A DNA stretch of 64,000 nt, taken from Macrostomum lignano (Eukaryota). Shown here piece by piece: positions 22,720 to 58,580 of this stretch. Position numbers and translations under genes: made by a program. The notes under the pieces are model-generated. The model was not told the origin of the DNA. It searched no databases and was given only the letters and a program-made list of their open reading frames with translations. Position 1 is the stretch's first letter. Each line of letters starts with the position of its first letter. The stretch is taken from the NCBI GenBank assembly GCA_002269645.1, contig NIVC01000180.1, positions 1 through 64,000 on the forward strand. The letters are read 5' to 3'.

Positions 22720-25700
22720 GTGTCCCGGCCCCTTGGTAGTTCGATGGACGGAAAACTACTGCTATTACATGTAAACATAGTTTCGAAGCGACCTGCTACT
22801 GGTGGATCTTGCTGGACCTCTGCACCCGTCGTGACCGGGTGTCAGTCGACAGGTTGAAGCCGGCAGTTATCGATGCAGCTGGCCTGGTCCCGTCGCCAGG
22901 GCTTCGACCGAAAGGCCGTCCACCAAACGACACATGATACCCGAAATTGAGGAAAAAATTTGAAACTTGCAATTTTATTCACAATAATTGACTTAATTGC
23001 AATTTCTTTCTCATAGAACTTGCAATTTTCTCAACTTTCATGTGCGCTTTAGATGCTTATGTAAGTAGTGTTAAAGACATATCAAGAAAGTGAAATTCTT
23101 GCAATCGCATTGCAAAGAATATTGCAATTTTTTCAATTTCAAATATGCTTTAAATATTACTTGTATAGTAGTAGATAAAAAATATCCTTGCTACTGGTAC
23201 ATTTACATCGCATCTATTACATGTAGATTGCCAAAAGAAATTATTTTTTAACGATTACATGCAGATTCTGAGGAGTACAGAAAATGAATTGCAATATATT
23301 GAAGCATAGTATAGACAAAGTCTTCGAAATTGAGGTATAAAATGATTTATATAAGTTGCAAATATGCACAATATAAGTTGTACTTACATGACTGCATTTT
23401 CACGACTCCCTGAACAAATTTAAAGTGTTCTAAATTCTTACAAACAAATAAAATTGATTTTTCTTAGAAATCTATCTGCTTTGTATATTCAATAGAAAGT
23501 GTATCTACCATTTTAGGAATTTTTTGTTTAAAAGTGTAACAACTTTGCTAAATTTAAAAAGCAGCGCGCCTTATTGCTCCTATTGGTCGACGTATTGCTG
23601 CTTTCTTGCTCTTGCTTGTTGTTGTTGCCTTCTCCTTTGTTGTTTTTACTAGCTTTTTTATCATTGTAATTGAAATTGAAGGCTAGTAATGCCACTTGCT
23701 TTTCACTTATCGTAAATGACAAGAACTTAGCCTTGCTATTTACTCTTGTAGTCTTGACTTAAGATTGTAAAACTCAAAAAAAGTTTTTTAGTTTATCTAA
23801 TTCTAGTCCTATTATTGCTAGCTATTACTAATAAGTATTGACTAGTCTAGCTAGCATTATTGGAGTTTGTCCAATTCATTTTTCATAGCTCCTTTTATAA
23901 AATACTAAAAGCTACCAATTGTCTATGTACTATGTCATTGTTAATGTTTTGTCAACTCTGTATTTGAACTTTATCTTTTAGTTTCATACATGTAATTATA
24001 CTTTTCTATCATTTTCTTATATCTAGGACTAGAGCTCTCTCAGTATCAGGCAAGTGCATACAATTAATTTTAATACTGCAGTGGCACTTTGTAGACTAAA
24101 ATTTTGTATTAATAAGTTATACTTTAATTGTAATTACATTGTCATTGGTCATTACATTATGTATTTCAATTCAAAATTATTTTAGTAGCTCTACTATTTA
24201 TAGGAGCTATACATTAAATTAAATTAGTGAAGCATGAAATTGAACATCATTGTTTAATAGGCAATTAGCTAGGCCTACAAATAGGTTTTTAATTAATGTA
24301 GCTATAGCTATTTTAAAAACATTTACTTTTTTCTAATTAAATTAATTGATGTATTGTCTAAAAGTCAAACTGAAGCTTATCAGGTTATTAAATGGTAGAG
24401 CATAATATATGCAAAAGATAGTTGAATAAGTAGGTATATACTAGATTACTAACTTAATCAATGACTTAATGACTAGGCCTAGCTATGAGCGTATAATCAT
24501 TTGTATAGCTTCTGTTTACTAATTAGCTACTATTTTAAGGTATTTAATATTTTGGCTTCTATTGATATATTGTCTGTTAGACTATATATCATATCACTAT
24601 ATCTAGATTGTTTTATGAAAATCTTGGTTGCAAGTTTTCAAAATAATATTTTATGATTCCATATACAAATTAATGGTATGCCAAAATTCTAAAATGAAAT
24701 CTATATAAATAAATAAAATAAGTGGCTCAAAAAGCTACTTTGTTTTTATAATCTATTATAATTATTTTATAATTATTAATTATATAATTATTTTATAATT
24801 ATTAATTATATCATTATTTTATAATTATTATTTATAATATAATACTCTTTTATAATTATAAAGCAGTGCAACTTCAACTCAATACTCAATTGTGTTTCTC
24901 TTCATGCCAAGAAATGAACACACAAAAGCGAAGGCATGCTGCAGACAAATTTGACCAACCGTTGCCTTTCGAGTTTGTGCTTCTATAGTTTCCTAAATCA
25001 AATTCTCATAGCGGGCCAATGTACATAAACTCCAATGTACATAAAGTACGTTCTTTGACGCTTCGGTGAGGAGTATTGCATTTCTGCAATTATTGAGCTG
25101 AATGGCTTAATGGAGCGCATTGCGATGGACGAGTAATCTGTCGAGGAGCTTCGAGCTGTTTTGTCCGAATGGTTTGCAGCCTACAACTGGAGATCTGTGC
25201 GAGCATCGTTAAATCAAATGTTTCGTGACATTTCTGGCAAGCGTAAGAAAGACAATACTGGAAACCATTAAGTATCAGTTATAGCCTATAGGAATAACAT
25301 TAAATAAGCAATCACTAAATCACTGCAAGGTAATCACTGTAATTGACTTCTGGAAGCTCTAACGAGCTTCAGGCTGGCAATGTTGGGTAGCCTTAAAAAG
25401 TAATGTCTAAGTAAGATCATGGAAAGGCGATAAAAAATTATAAATAAGCGAAAAGTGAATCCTAACTTTATCTGGGATCTTTTTTTAAATATTCAATTCT
25501 ACAAAATAGTTACCTGTGGGTTCTTAGAAAGTCTCATTTCGGAATCTAGAAATGTTTTGAACTTAAAAGTATCCAAAAGCTTCATCATAGATGTGTAAAA
25601 GGCTTCATCTTTAAAGTTTTAACTGCTTAGATAAACATGCTGATGCAGCCAGCACCCCTGAAAGTTAAAATATTGTTTAACTAATAAATTATGTTTATTT

Positions 25701-26708
25701 AGAACGCTTTTGCACTTCAAATGTAAAAGAATTTTTCAAATAGTTTCAATGTTCAGTGTGCTTATTAATGGTTTAATAATAATTTTTACTAATCTATGCA
25801 AGTATTTTCTTGTATCTTATACATCGTTTTTTGCCCGTACAGGTTTATATTTAGTATCTGTTTGTAGTTTTATTTTTTAATATGTAGTAAAGTGAAATAA
25901 AAAATTACAATGAAATGTATTGGATTGAAAAATGATTATAACATCTTATTGAAAAATTGCAAAATTTAATGTATTCCGAAATAACACCGGTGGTTTTTAC
26001 TGTGTCTTAATTACTTTTCTGGGTTCAATTCTGAGCAGATATAATGAAAATTGCAGATCGAGTGCTAAATTTGGGAAGTCTTAAAATTTACCTGCACTAT
26101 AATACGAGCGTATCAATATTCTGAAGTGCCACTCCAACGGCAATTTCTAAGCTCTTGAATTGCAATTTTATGCTCAATTAAATTGTAATTTTAAGCGTGA
26201 TTTCGTGTAATTTTATTGCACTTAATGAACAATTTGAGTGCAATTATTGCGCAATTCTTGCCCAATTTTTTTCAATTTTCTCACGTAATTTTGTGCAATT
26301 TTGCGCAATTCGCGTCACCATGTGGAGGCGCCTCCAGTGGCGATTCCTGCCCCATCCGGTGACTCTCAGTCCTCCACTCGACGTGCCGCTTCGCCGGTGC
26401 CGTCCGACTTTCTTCGCATGGCTCTCGGTGCTGGGGGAGCTCTGTGGCGGTGCACAACCGGGATCGAGAACTTATAGGGCGTTCGCAGGCAGGCTCCAGC
26501 ACGCCTGGCTGGTGGGGGTGACGATCCACCCAGCCAGCAGCTTGATGTTTCGTCTAGGGAAATGACTCGCGCTTCTGTGTGCGCACCTCCCTACGAGTGC
26601 TATGTCTGATTGCCCATCACAATGTAACGATTTATAAGAACTTTGTCTGACAAAATAAACGGTACCCTTTTCTCTCGCACCCTTCTCTTGATAGCCTCTA
26701 AAAAATAC
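22720..26708 (+). mobile_element. Ty3/Gypsy remnant (integrase C-terminus, PPT, 3' LTR) interrupted by a DNA transposon
   Basis: DRVSVDRLKPA..RPKGRPP at 22833-22925; frame resumes at 26327; PPT-like gggggagc at 26433; candidate LTR TGTGGCGG(26443)...AATAAA...AATACA(26708). Confidence 0.65.
22931..26324. mobile_element. 3.4-kb AT-rich DNA transposon with CACATG...CATGTG ends and 2-bp TSD (GA); CMC/EnSpm-like
   Basis: Left end cacatgatacccgaaattg versus right end (reverse complement) cacatggtgacgcgaattg; subterminal TTGCAATT-type motifs at both ends; excision restores the Gypsy reading frame. Confidence 0.7.
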
Positions 26709-29700
26709 ATGTATATATTAAATTTTATGCTCATTCATACAGGTTTCATTTCGATCTTGTGCTATTAATTTTGCTGGGGTATATTAGCTAGGCACTTTTC
26801 GCTTGATAGAAAACGATTATTATTACAAGCATACGCACATGTAATGCAGATCGATGTTGTAATATTTGACCTGTTTTGGATAAATGAAAATTTTTTGTCC
26901 CAGGTACCTGGGTTTAAAAATTCAAAATTGTAGCCAATCAAAACATACATGTAGCCAACGTGCATGTAACGCGCTGTTAAGAGGTTTAAAGTTCGTCTCG
27001 ATCGAAAAATTGTTCTAATATATTAATCCACACGCAACTATATGCACCCATATTGCAACACCTGCTTATTTCTAAATCGCATTTTTCATTGCGTGGCATA
27101 TAGAATTTTCTGTTCTAAAACCCCGAACCAATGGGCCGGTATAAAGTACAAATAGAGTTATTTATTTATAGGTAAACCCTCAAATAGTTATTTTTTTAGC
27201 GCGAATAATCCGGTTGACTAGATTTTTGCAGATTTGTCCGGCTTTTTAATGTCCTCGTAGTTTCGTTATTACATTTAAAAATTTTTTTAAACACACTTTT
27301 TTCTGCGAACTGTTCACGTGGCTGAGTCAGACAGAAGGCTGACACATCGATTTAATTATTCCAGTTCTTCTCGCTACTGCAAAGCGTTTGGTTAATAGAT
27401 TAGCTTGTTACTTTAATAAATGTACTAATTAATGTATAGTGCTTCTTTAAACTCATGCAAATCCATTTACTGCCGTCAAGCTTTTAGTGGCATTGGCAAC
27501 ATTTTATTCAACTGCTCAGAGCCTCAGTGCTCACTCTCAGTTCTTTCACCTGCCTTCAGCTCAGCTCAGGGAAGGGCCAGAATCGAGACCTACGCTCCGC
27601 CGGAACACTTACCTGTCGTATATTGAGCGTTTTGGACAGCATTAAGGGTCTATAAATCCATAGAGATTTCGACATGCAATTATTCGTCATACAAAATCTG
27701 CTCATTTTTCTTAGTATATATTCTATTGCAGCGAGAGTAACAACTACAAATGTTAATTTTTTTAATGACTACTACTTTGTTCTCACTTCCAATGCAAATG
27801 AAAGCTTTGGATTCTCTATGGCACCATATGAGAAAAATGGAATAATTTCGTGAGTTTATTTATTTATTTATTGCTTTCCTTTCCTATTTACTAAAAATTC
27901 TAGACTAAAAGCCTTTATGTGGTAATTTGATTTTAAATTTAATGTTAGTTAGCCTAGATATTATTTAACTCTACTTTCACTACATTTTTATGAAATTAGG
28001 CATAGATGACAATGTTTCATATACATCAAATAGGCATTATTTCAGTTTGTGATCATTAAAAATTGGGATGATCCTCATTAAAAAGATATAAGAAAGCAAA
28101 ACATGTATCATTTTAATCATATATCAAACCAACAATCCAAAGTCACTAAAAGCTTCTCTATTTTTCAGTTACCAAATGATCCAATGCTAAATATATATAG
28201 AATGAAATGATACAAAGAGATAGTAAAATGTTCATATTGTGCAAGTGTTTGTTGAAAAGGATCCTATATATCCAGTTTGGTTTAAAATCATTAAATTTAA
28301 TTTAAATGAGATAAATACATGTAAATGCTTTTATCCTTTATAATTATAATAAATTTTCAGTGAAAGTTATTAATGGTAAAAAACATTTGTAGTGACCATT
28401 TTGTCTAAATCTAGCTATTTTGGCAAACAATTATTGATATTGATCTAACTTTCAGCAAAGAGGGAAGAGTTTTTTGTTGTTTTAGAAAAAATTCAAATTT
28501 AAAACAGAAAATTTAAAGACTATTTTATTGTCATGTTTTTTGTGGCAATTTTATTATTTGATTAGTAAAATTTTGTTTTATTAGGCGCCATTCTATTATA
28601 GTACTAGTAGGTTTTCAAAGTACAATTTAGAAGCTGGAACTGAAAGACCACACTGTGTCATTTCTAGTCTATTGATTGCACTTTGCATGTACATAACATA
28701 GTTATTAGCCAAGTTGTAATGTTTTTAATTTATAAACTGAAAATATGTGCAAGGTGGTCAATGAATAATTTTTTAAAAGCTAGAATTACCATAGTGATAT
28801 ATTTGCAATTATAATTTAATAAATAGCCTACTATTTTTTGCCAAACTGGACACTTTCTTTTACTAAAATGTATATCTATATGAACTAAAAGTTCATTTTC
28901 GCCAAAGCATCTTTCGCCAAAAATTCCTTTGTCAAAATGGGCCACACCTGATTATAAAATGGCAAATGGCAAAATGACTAAGAACCCTTAAGCTGGCAAT
29001 ATTTTATTCTTATAGAGGAATAAGAATCCTTTTAGGCAAGCTATTGGTATATTTTTATACATAAAGTTTTTGTATTAGCTCTATATTATTTATGCTATAT
29101 TTTATGGTTTAATAATTAAATATAATGGATAACTAATAATTAGTAGACATGTAATTTTATGGAAATTATTTACAATGTAGAAGCCTATAAACACTTTATA
29201 TGCTATACTATATACTATATATAATGCCAATCAAAACCTTAATATAAGCAAGGATTTTTTTATAAGTCTGTCTTTGGTATACTAAGGCTAGTGTCTAAAG
29301 GAGAAAAGAAGACTGGCTTTATCAGGCATGCCAACAAGTATACTTATGCATTTTGTCTAATATACATAACAAAACCACTTAGACCACTTACTGCAGTTAT
29401 TTCTTGGCTATAATAGTAATGAAAGTATTAAAAAACATATTCTAAAAGCATGTCATATCAGAATAGTTTAGTTAATTAGTTACTTAGTGAGTAAGCTAGT
29501 TAGTTACTAGCAATCTATACTCTTATTGGGGAGCAAATGAAGAAAGGAATTAATATTATATAGTAGTTATATGGCCTTATAGTACTTAAAAACTTGAGAG
29601 CCTCCTTTGCTTTGCTTTTGCTCCTAGTGCACTTTTAAAAATTAGAAATAAAAAACTGGAGTAATTTCCCAGTTGTGTCTAAAACAAAGTTTATATTTGG

Positions 29701-29870
29701 TTTTAATAGTGTGGGTTCACATTCCTAAATTGCTATTCCTATTAGTAAATGTATAACATTGGGGAATGCTTATTTCTTAGCCTCAACATGTTGCATATTT
29801 TTTTAACAACAAATTATGTTGGTTGGTCATACAATGTTGTAAAATCTCAACCATTCACCCCCACACAAAG

Positions 29871-52340
<22,470 letters not shown>

Positions 52341-52374
52341 GAGCTGCGGCTGACCCACCGCCTGACTCACTGAC

Positions 52375-52925
52375 CCCTGTCTGACTCACCGACTGATCCC
52401 GGCCTGACTCACTGACCCAGTCTGACTCATCAGCTGATCCAGTCTGACTCATCAGCTGACCCAGTCTGACTCATCAGCTGACCCAGTCTGACTCATCAGC
52501 TGACCCAGTCTGACTCATTAGCTGACCCAGTCTGACTCATCAGCTGACCCAGTCTGACTCATCAGCTGACCCAGTCTGACTCATCAGCTGACCCAGTCTG
52601 ACTCATCAGCTGACCCAGTCTGACTCATCAGCTGACCCAGTCTGACTCATCAGCTGACCCGGTCTGACTCATCAGCTGACCCAGTCTGACTCATCAGCTG
52701 ACCCAGTCTGACTCATCAGCTGACCCAGCCTGACTCATCAGCTGACCCAGTCTGACTCATCAGCTGACCCAGTCTGACTCATCAGCTGACCCAGTCTGAC
52801 TCATCAGCTGACCCAGCCTGACTCATCAGCTGACCTAGTCTGACTCATCAGCTGACCCAGCCTGACTCACTGATCGACCCATGTTTGACAAACCGACTCA
52901 ATCCGGTCTGACTCATCAGCTGACT
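52375..52925. repeat. 22-bp tandem array (agtctgactcatcagctgaccc) just 3' of the integrin stop codon
   Basis: Direct reading. An AATAAA at ~53151 suggests the array lies within the 3' UTR. Confidence 0.95.
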
Positions 52926-53913
52926 TCCCAGCTTCACCTGAGCTAATTAGGTCAGCCGCAGTCGGTGACGCAGCCAGTCGCGTCCTCATCAATGTCAGCC
53001 AATTAGTTTTTCAGATGAAATTCTACATGCGAATGCAGTTCAAATCGCATCAGTTTCAGTCAGTCAAGTGCAAATGCAAACTTTCCTAGTGCTTATTACA
53101 CATTACCGGCTCTTTCCATATTAATATTAATTTATTATAATCTATATATAAATAAAGCTGCTGCTTCTGTGGAGAACAGCAACTCCGCTAACGCTTGCTG
53201 CTTTCGCTGCATTTCCCGCTCTCTTCTGATAGCTTTTAATTCCAAGTCTGTGCAGTCCCAGTCACGTTTAACACAATTTCATGTGGTTTTTTGTGTGAAA
53301 TGCTATTTTTACAGGTATTCTGTGGGCTTATGTGCCTACAGTACTACTTGTAGCCGATTGTGTGAGTAGTAGTATTATTTGCTAAATTCATGCCAAACTA
53401 ATCTAAAACAGCACCTGCCGCTTCTTTGCACTGTCCGCTTCGCGCAGTCCCGAGCAGCAAATAGAGCTCAGCGCTTTGGCGGCTGAGAGAGCCGGCTTGA
53501 GCAGCTAAATTGGTGAAATCAATCAGCTGTTTGCATGCCAATAGAGTCCCGAGTCAGGTCCCATCTAGCCTGTGCAATATCAACCATGTGCTCGATTGTT
53601 TTGCATTCAATTTTTTTAATTTGCTTGTTTTTAGTCTGGCCCAGCGGCCTCAAACTGTGCTGTTGCTTTCCCTTGCCCGCCTTCTTGGATAAATTTATCC
53701 TTAGTAGCAATACTGTGCTGTTGTGCTGATTGCAGTAATGCGTCTGCAATACTCCATGCCGACCCTTCAGATTCTAAACTCATCTCTTCTCATCTGTCTG
53801 TCTGTCTGTCTGCCTGCCTGCCTGCCTGTCTATCTGTCTGCCTGCCTGCCTGCCTGCCTGCCTGTCTGTCTGCCTGCCTGTCTGTCTGCCTGTCTGTCTG
53901 CCTGCCTGTCTGT

Positions 53914-53950
<37 letters not shown>

Positions 53951-55316
53951 TGTCTGTCTGTCTGTCTGTCTGTCCGTGTGTCTGTCTGTCTGTCTGCCTG
54001 CCTGCCTGCCTGTCTGTCTGTCTGTCTGTGTGCCTGTCTGTCTGTCTGTCTGTCTGTCTGTCTGCCTGCCTGCCTGCCTGTCTGTCTGTCTGTCTGTGTG
54101 CCTGTCTGTCTGTCTGTCTGTGTGTCTGCCTGTCTGTCTGTCTGTCTGTCTGTCTGTCTTTCTGTCTGTCTGTCTGTCTTTCTGTCTGTCTGTCTGTCTG
54201 TCTCTGTCTGTATGTCTGTCTGTGTCTGTCTGTCTGTCTGTGTGTCTATCTCTCTGCCTCCCATATCACTTTCATGATTCTATTTGCAGAATGAATAGCA
54301 ATTTTACAACCAATAATTCAATCAAAGTTACTTGTGCTAAAGTGCGCAAAAGTCACCGCAGTGTTAATTGTGCCGTGCAAATTCAATACAGAAGCATTGT
54401 CGGCTGCTTGTATTTATTTTATTTTAAAATTAAGGAGCGCAGTGTACTCAATAGTGATTGGCATGCACCAGCTTTCACAGCGGCATTCCAGTGTTGACAT
54501 GTGCAGACAAATGGTCCCTCTGTATTCCCGTGTGCTGCTCCTGGCCCTGTGGCTTCTGTCTGTGTTGCTGAATGAATTTGATTCATTTTGTAAATCATTT
54601 TATAAACTAAGCATGTATTTGTTTAGGACCTGTTTTTTAATATCTAAGATGGAAAATGTGAAAATGTGAAATATGTCACTTGAATAGTTATTGCTTTTGC
54701 AGCATTCAGTTACATGTAAAATATTTTATCAATGCCAATTGTGCTTGCAGTTATAACATATGCATATATAATTATGTAATTATACCGGCACTGTTCGGCT
54801 TTTCAACCTACTCCAGCCTTGTGCAGGCTCCGTGTCTGTCTGTACATTCTATTCGCGGAATACATGGCATGAGACTGTGCTGCTTGCTGCCTCAAACTTT
54901 GATTTTATTCTATTCGACAGCCACTGTTTGGGTAATAAATATTGCTCAAGTGTGCCACCGCTTTGCTGAGTTGTTGTGTAGATTTTTCTACTTCAGATCG
55001 ATCGTATCGTCAGGGTAGACGGGGTTGAATGGATTGCTAGTCTAGCCCATGAGTACATGTGAGGAGCACCTGAACTTCCCGCTAAATAGTATAGCTTTTC
55101 TGTCTGTCTGTCTGCCTGTCTGTCTGTCTGCCTGTCTGTCTGTCTGTCTGCCTGCCTGTCTGCCTGCCTGCCTGCCTGCCTGCCTGCTTGCCTGCCTGCC
55201 TGTCTGCCTGCCTGCCTGCCTGCCTGCCAGCCTGCCTGTCTGTCTGCCTGCCTGTCTGTCTGTCTGCCTGCCTGCCTGCCTGTCTGTCTGCCTGCCTGCC
55301 TGTCTGCCTGTCTGCC

Positions 55317-55347
<31 letters not shown>

Positions 55348-55476
55348 GTGTCTGTCTGTCTGCCTGCCTGTCTGTCTGTCTGCCTGCCTGCCTGCCTGTC
55401 TGTCTGCCTGCCTGTCTGTCTGCCTGCCTGCCTGTCTGCCTGTCTGCCTGTCTGTCTGTCTGTCTGTCTGTCTGTG

Positions 55477-55508
<32 letters not shown>

Positions 55509-55718
55509 AGTGTCTGTCTGCCTGCCTGCCTGCTTGTCTGCCTGTCTGCCTGCCTGTCTGCCTGTCTGCCTGCCTGCCTGCCTGTCTGCCTGCCTGCCTG
55601 CCTGCCTGCCTGTCTGCCTGCCTGCCTGTCTGTCTGCCTGCCTGCCTGTCTGTCTGCCTGCCTGCCTGCCTGCCTGCCTGTCTGCCTGCCTGCCTGCCTG
55701 CCTGCCTGTCTGTCTGCC

Positions 55719-55783
<65 letters not shown>

Positions 55784-56775
55784 CTTTCTGTGTAACAAGC
55801 CGGCAGTGAACTGATGCATGCCAATTCTTCGGGATTTTTGTTTGAGAAAAAATGATTAGGAGTCTGGGTACATCAGAGAGTCATGCAATGACGCTGTGGC
55901 CCCTAACATAGCTTAATCTCCCTAAGTGTTGACTAAGGATTGCGGTCGCGGGATTCCTTGATTATGAACTACGAGCGTATAAGCTTGCATATTAATATTG
56001 TACAGGTGCAACTTATCATTACAAAGAGACCGAGAGAAAGTGAACTTTACAATGAGATCCTTTTGAAATCTAGGAGTATAAAGTAAGGATGGATTGCACG
56101 ATTGGCGGCATGATTCAGCAAAACAACTCAGCCGCTTCTAACTCGCCCGTACTGACTTGCATGAGCAGACATATGAAGAAATTAAATTCAGCCAATCAGA
56201 GGCGGCAAGGGGTTGTGCAAAATTCAGCTTGTGGTCTGCGTGACTTGCGGGGCTTAAATTAGGGGTGGTGGGTGTGACAGCACGCAGTGAAACGGCACGG
56301 TTGGACGGCTTATCATCCCATATCCCTAACCTTAAATATGATTGGCTGAAACAAAACTGCAGTCTGTTGAGCATGCTGTGTGACATTTTCCGTTTAGCCC
56401 GGCTGGGTTAAGAACTGAAGTAAGCCGAACTTCTGTGGAATTGGATTGCACTGTATGGCAAATTCACGCCATCTACGAGCGTAAATCCAGCCCGGCTCCC
56501 ATAAATAGGAGCCGCTCTCAGTTCCCACACCAACTGGAGACAGAGACTGCCCAGGCGGCAGGCTGCTCCGGGGCATTGGGCCACGAACGACCGCCTTTTC
56601 TACACTCTCTGTGGCCTGATGGCTGGGTCACGGAGAGCTCCGAATAGAAACATGCTCAGCTGTTTCTTCCCTAAATCCTCGACCCAGCAAGACCCGCCTG
56701 ACTACTCTGTGGGAGGGCAAGGCCTAGCGAAGTCTATTATCGCCAAAGACCGCACTACTATAGCGCGGCAAGGTC

Positions 56776-56840
56776 CTTAACCTGTTCAAGGCACCTGGGC
56801 CCGACGACATCTACCCAGAGTTCTTCCACGAGGCCGTGAA
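56776..56840 (+). mobile_element. Non-LTR retrotransposon ORF2 fragment
   Basis: LNLFKAPGPDDIYPEFF matches the KAPGPDG motif preceding LINE RT domains; no RT core visible. Confidence 0.5.
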
Positions 56841-57380
56841 AAACCATCAATTGGACCTCCTTGGGCTATGTACCAGTGGCATGGAGAGAGGCTTGAGTGA
56901 TCTTATATCCTGAGGTGAAAAGAAATTTACTTTTGCATTTTACCAGGCCAATTTTTTCAATTTCAACTACAGTGTCGCGAGACACCGTTTTCGCTCGCCA
57001 AAATTACTCGAAGTATCCATGCAAGGGATTGAAATCAAATTTTCAAGTTTTAAACCTCCAACGCATAAAAATATAAGCTACGAGCGTATTGAATCGGATA
57101 GATAGAGTCAATTATTTTTTCGAAGAAGAGCTATAAATGCAAAATTTTGAGGCAAGGGTGTCGGCTACGCGAGCGGCGCGCGATTGGTCTATACAGATGT
57201 GTCCAGATCGAGAAGATTGTGTGTCCACGAAAAGCAGCGCCCCTACAAGTACGGCCAACAGTCCCTATTGGTTGTCTCTCCTTATGAAGATGAATTAAAG
57301 TTTTACAGGCCGTCAGTCTCCTACAAGACTGAAAGACACCCGATACTGCACTGTTAAAAACAGCTAGATTTTAAGCGACC

Positions 57381-58580
57381 ATGCGACCTCTACTCGGCGC
57401 CTGTCGAGTCAAGCCACTTAGAATAGGGATTTTTGTAGGCGGCATGGCAATGGGAGCAGCCCTCTCCTTCCTGCTGTGCAGCCTGCAGCTGACGCACTCC
57501 AACGCAGTCATTGGAATGACTCACATTTCGGCGCCCACCGGACCTTCAGCCTTGGTGGAGGGGAAAGAGCTGATTCCACCGAACATTTACACCGGGCAAA
57601 ACGGCGCCTTTCAGAGGCACTACGACCAGCTGGTCCGCGGCATGCGCGAGTCGCTGTACCGCTTCGACAGACCCGGCCTGCTGCTGCCGCTCATGCGGCT
57701 CTCCGAAGCCGAGAGGAGCCGCTCGCGCCGAGCAGCGGCCGGCAGGGCGTGGCTCCACAGCCAGTCGGCGGTGGTGGCAGCCACCGTGCGCAACGGCATG
57801 GACGGCCTGCCGAGCACCATGCACAATGTCCAGCGCCTCAGAGCTCTGTTCAACGATTCCTGGCTGGTGCTGGTCGAGAACGACTCGACGGACTCGACTC
57901 GCAGCTTCCTGTACAACATGATGCTGACCGACCCGAATGTGCGGCTGCTGGGCTGCGGCCGGGACGTCAACTCTGCGCTGCCGTGCGAAATCAACGTCCG
58001 CTACGGCAGCGGCCGCCAGCACCTGCCAGGTGTCCAAATAAACCGCACCTTCTCCGAGGAGGTCGAGCGCGGCCTGGCCATGTCCGCCCTCCGCAACCTG
58101 TACCTGGACTACATCTACGAGCACCTGGCCGACCGGGCATCGCTCCTGCTGATCGTGGACCCGGACATCACCTGGCAGGACTGGGATCTGGACAGCATCG
58201 CCCAGGGACTTTACTACTTTGCGGCCAAGCCCAAGCTGCAGCAGCTGTGCGCCCACACTACTCAGGACAGCCACCTCTACGACCCGTGCACGCTGAGCTT
58301 CCACCTGAACAAGCGCTTCGGCGAGGACACCAAGTACCCGGTGGTCAGCTACGAGAGATCGCTTCGGGACGCACCGCGCAGCCTGCCGCCGGTGAAGGTG
58401 GAGAGCTGCTTCCAGGCCGTGTCGTTCTACCGGATGTCGGCTCTAGCGGCCCGCAGGCTGCGCTATCGACGCAGTCCTGGCGAGTGGATTTGCGAGCACA
58501 ACACGCTCTCCCGGCAGCTGGACGAGGTGTACATCGACCCGCAGATGCGGCTGCGAGTCACGTCAGGAAATATTGGCTGA
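57381..58580 (+). CDS. Intronless type II membrane glycosyltransferase, CAP59/GT69-like GT-A fold
   Basis: 399 aa. N-terminal TM helix; VLVENDSTDST, MSALRNLYLDY, LLIVDPD, VKVESCF, CEH, VYIDP. GC3-rich like the host exons. Confidence 0.75.
   Translation: MRPLLGACRVKPLRIGIFVGGMAMGAALSFLLCSLQLTHSNAVIGMTHISAPTGPSALVEGKELIPPNIYTGQNGAFQRHYDQLVRGMRESLYRFDRPGLLLPLMRLSEAERSRSRRAAAGRAWLHSQSAVVAATVRNGMDGLPSTMHNVQRLRALFNDSWLVLVENDSTDSTRSFLYNMMLTDPNVRLLGCGRDVNSALPCEINVRYGSGRQHLPGVQINRTFSEEVERGLAMSALRNLYLDYIYEHLADRASLLLIVDPDITWQDWDLDSIAQGLYYFAAKPKLQQLCAHTTQDSHLYDPCTLSFHLNKRFGEDTKYPVVSYERSLRDAPRSLPPVKVESCFQAVSFYRMSALAARRLRYRRSPGEWICEHNTLSRQLDEVYIDPQMRLRVTSGNIG

Noticed and set aside
27455-27645. Signal-peptide-like frame (TAVKLLVALATFYSTAQS) as integrin exon 1
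   Set aside because: No in-frame ATG or compatible donor found; cannot be supported.
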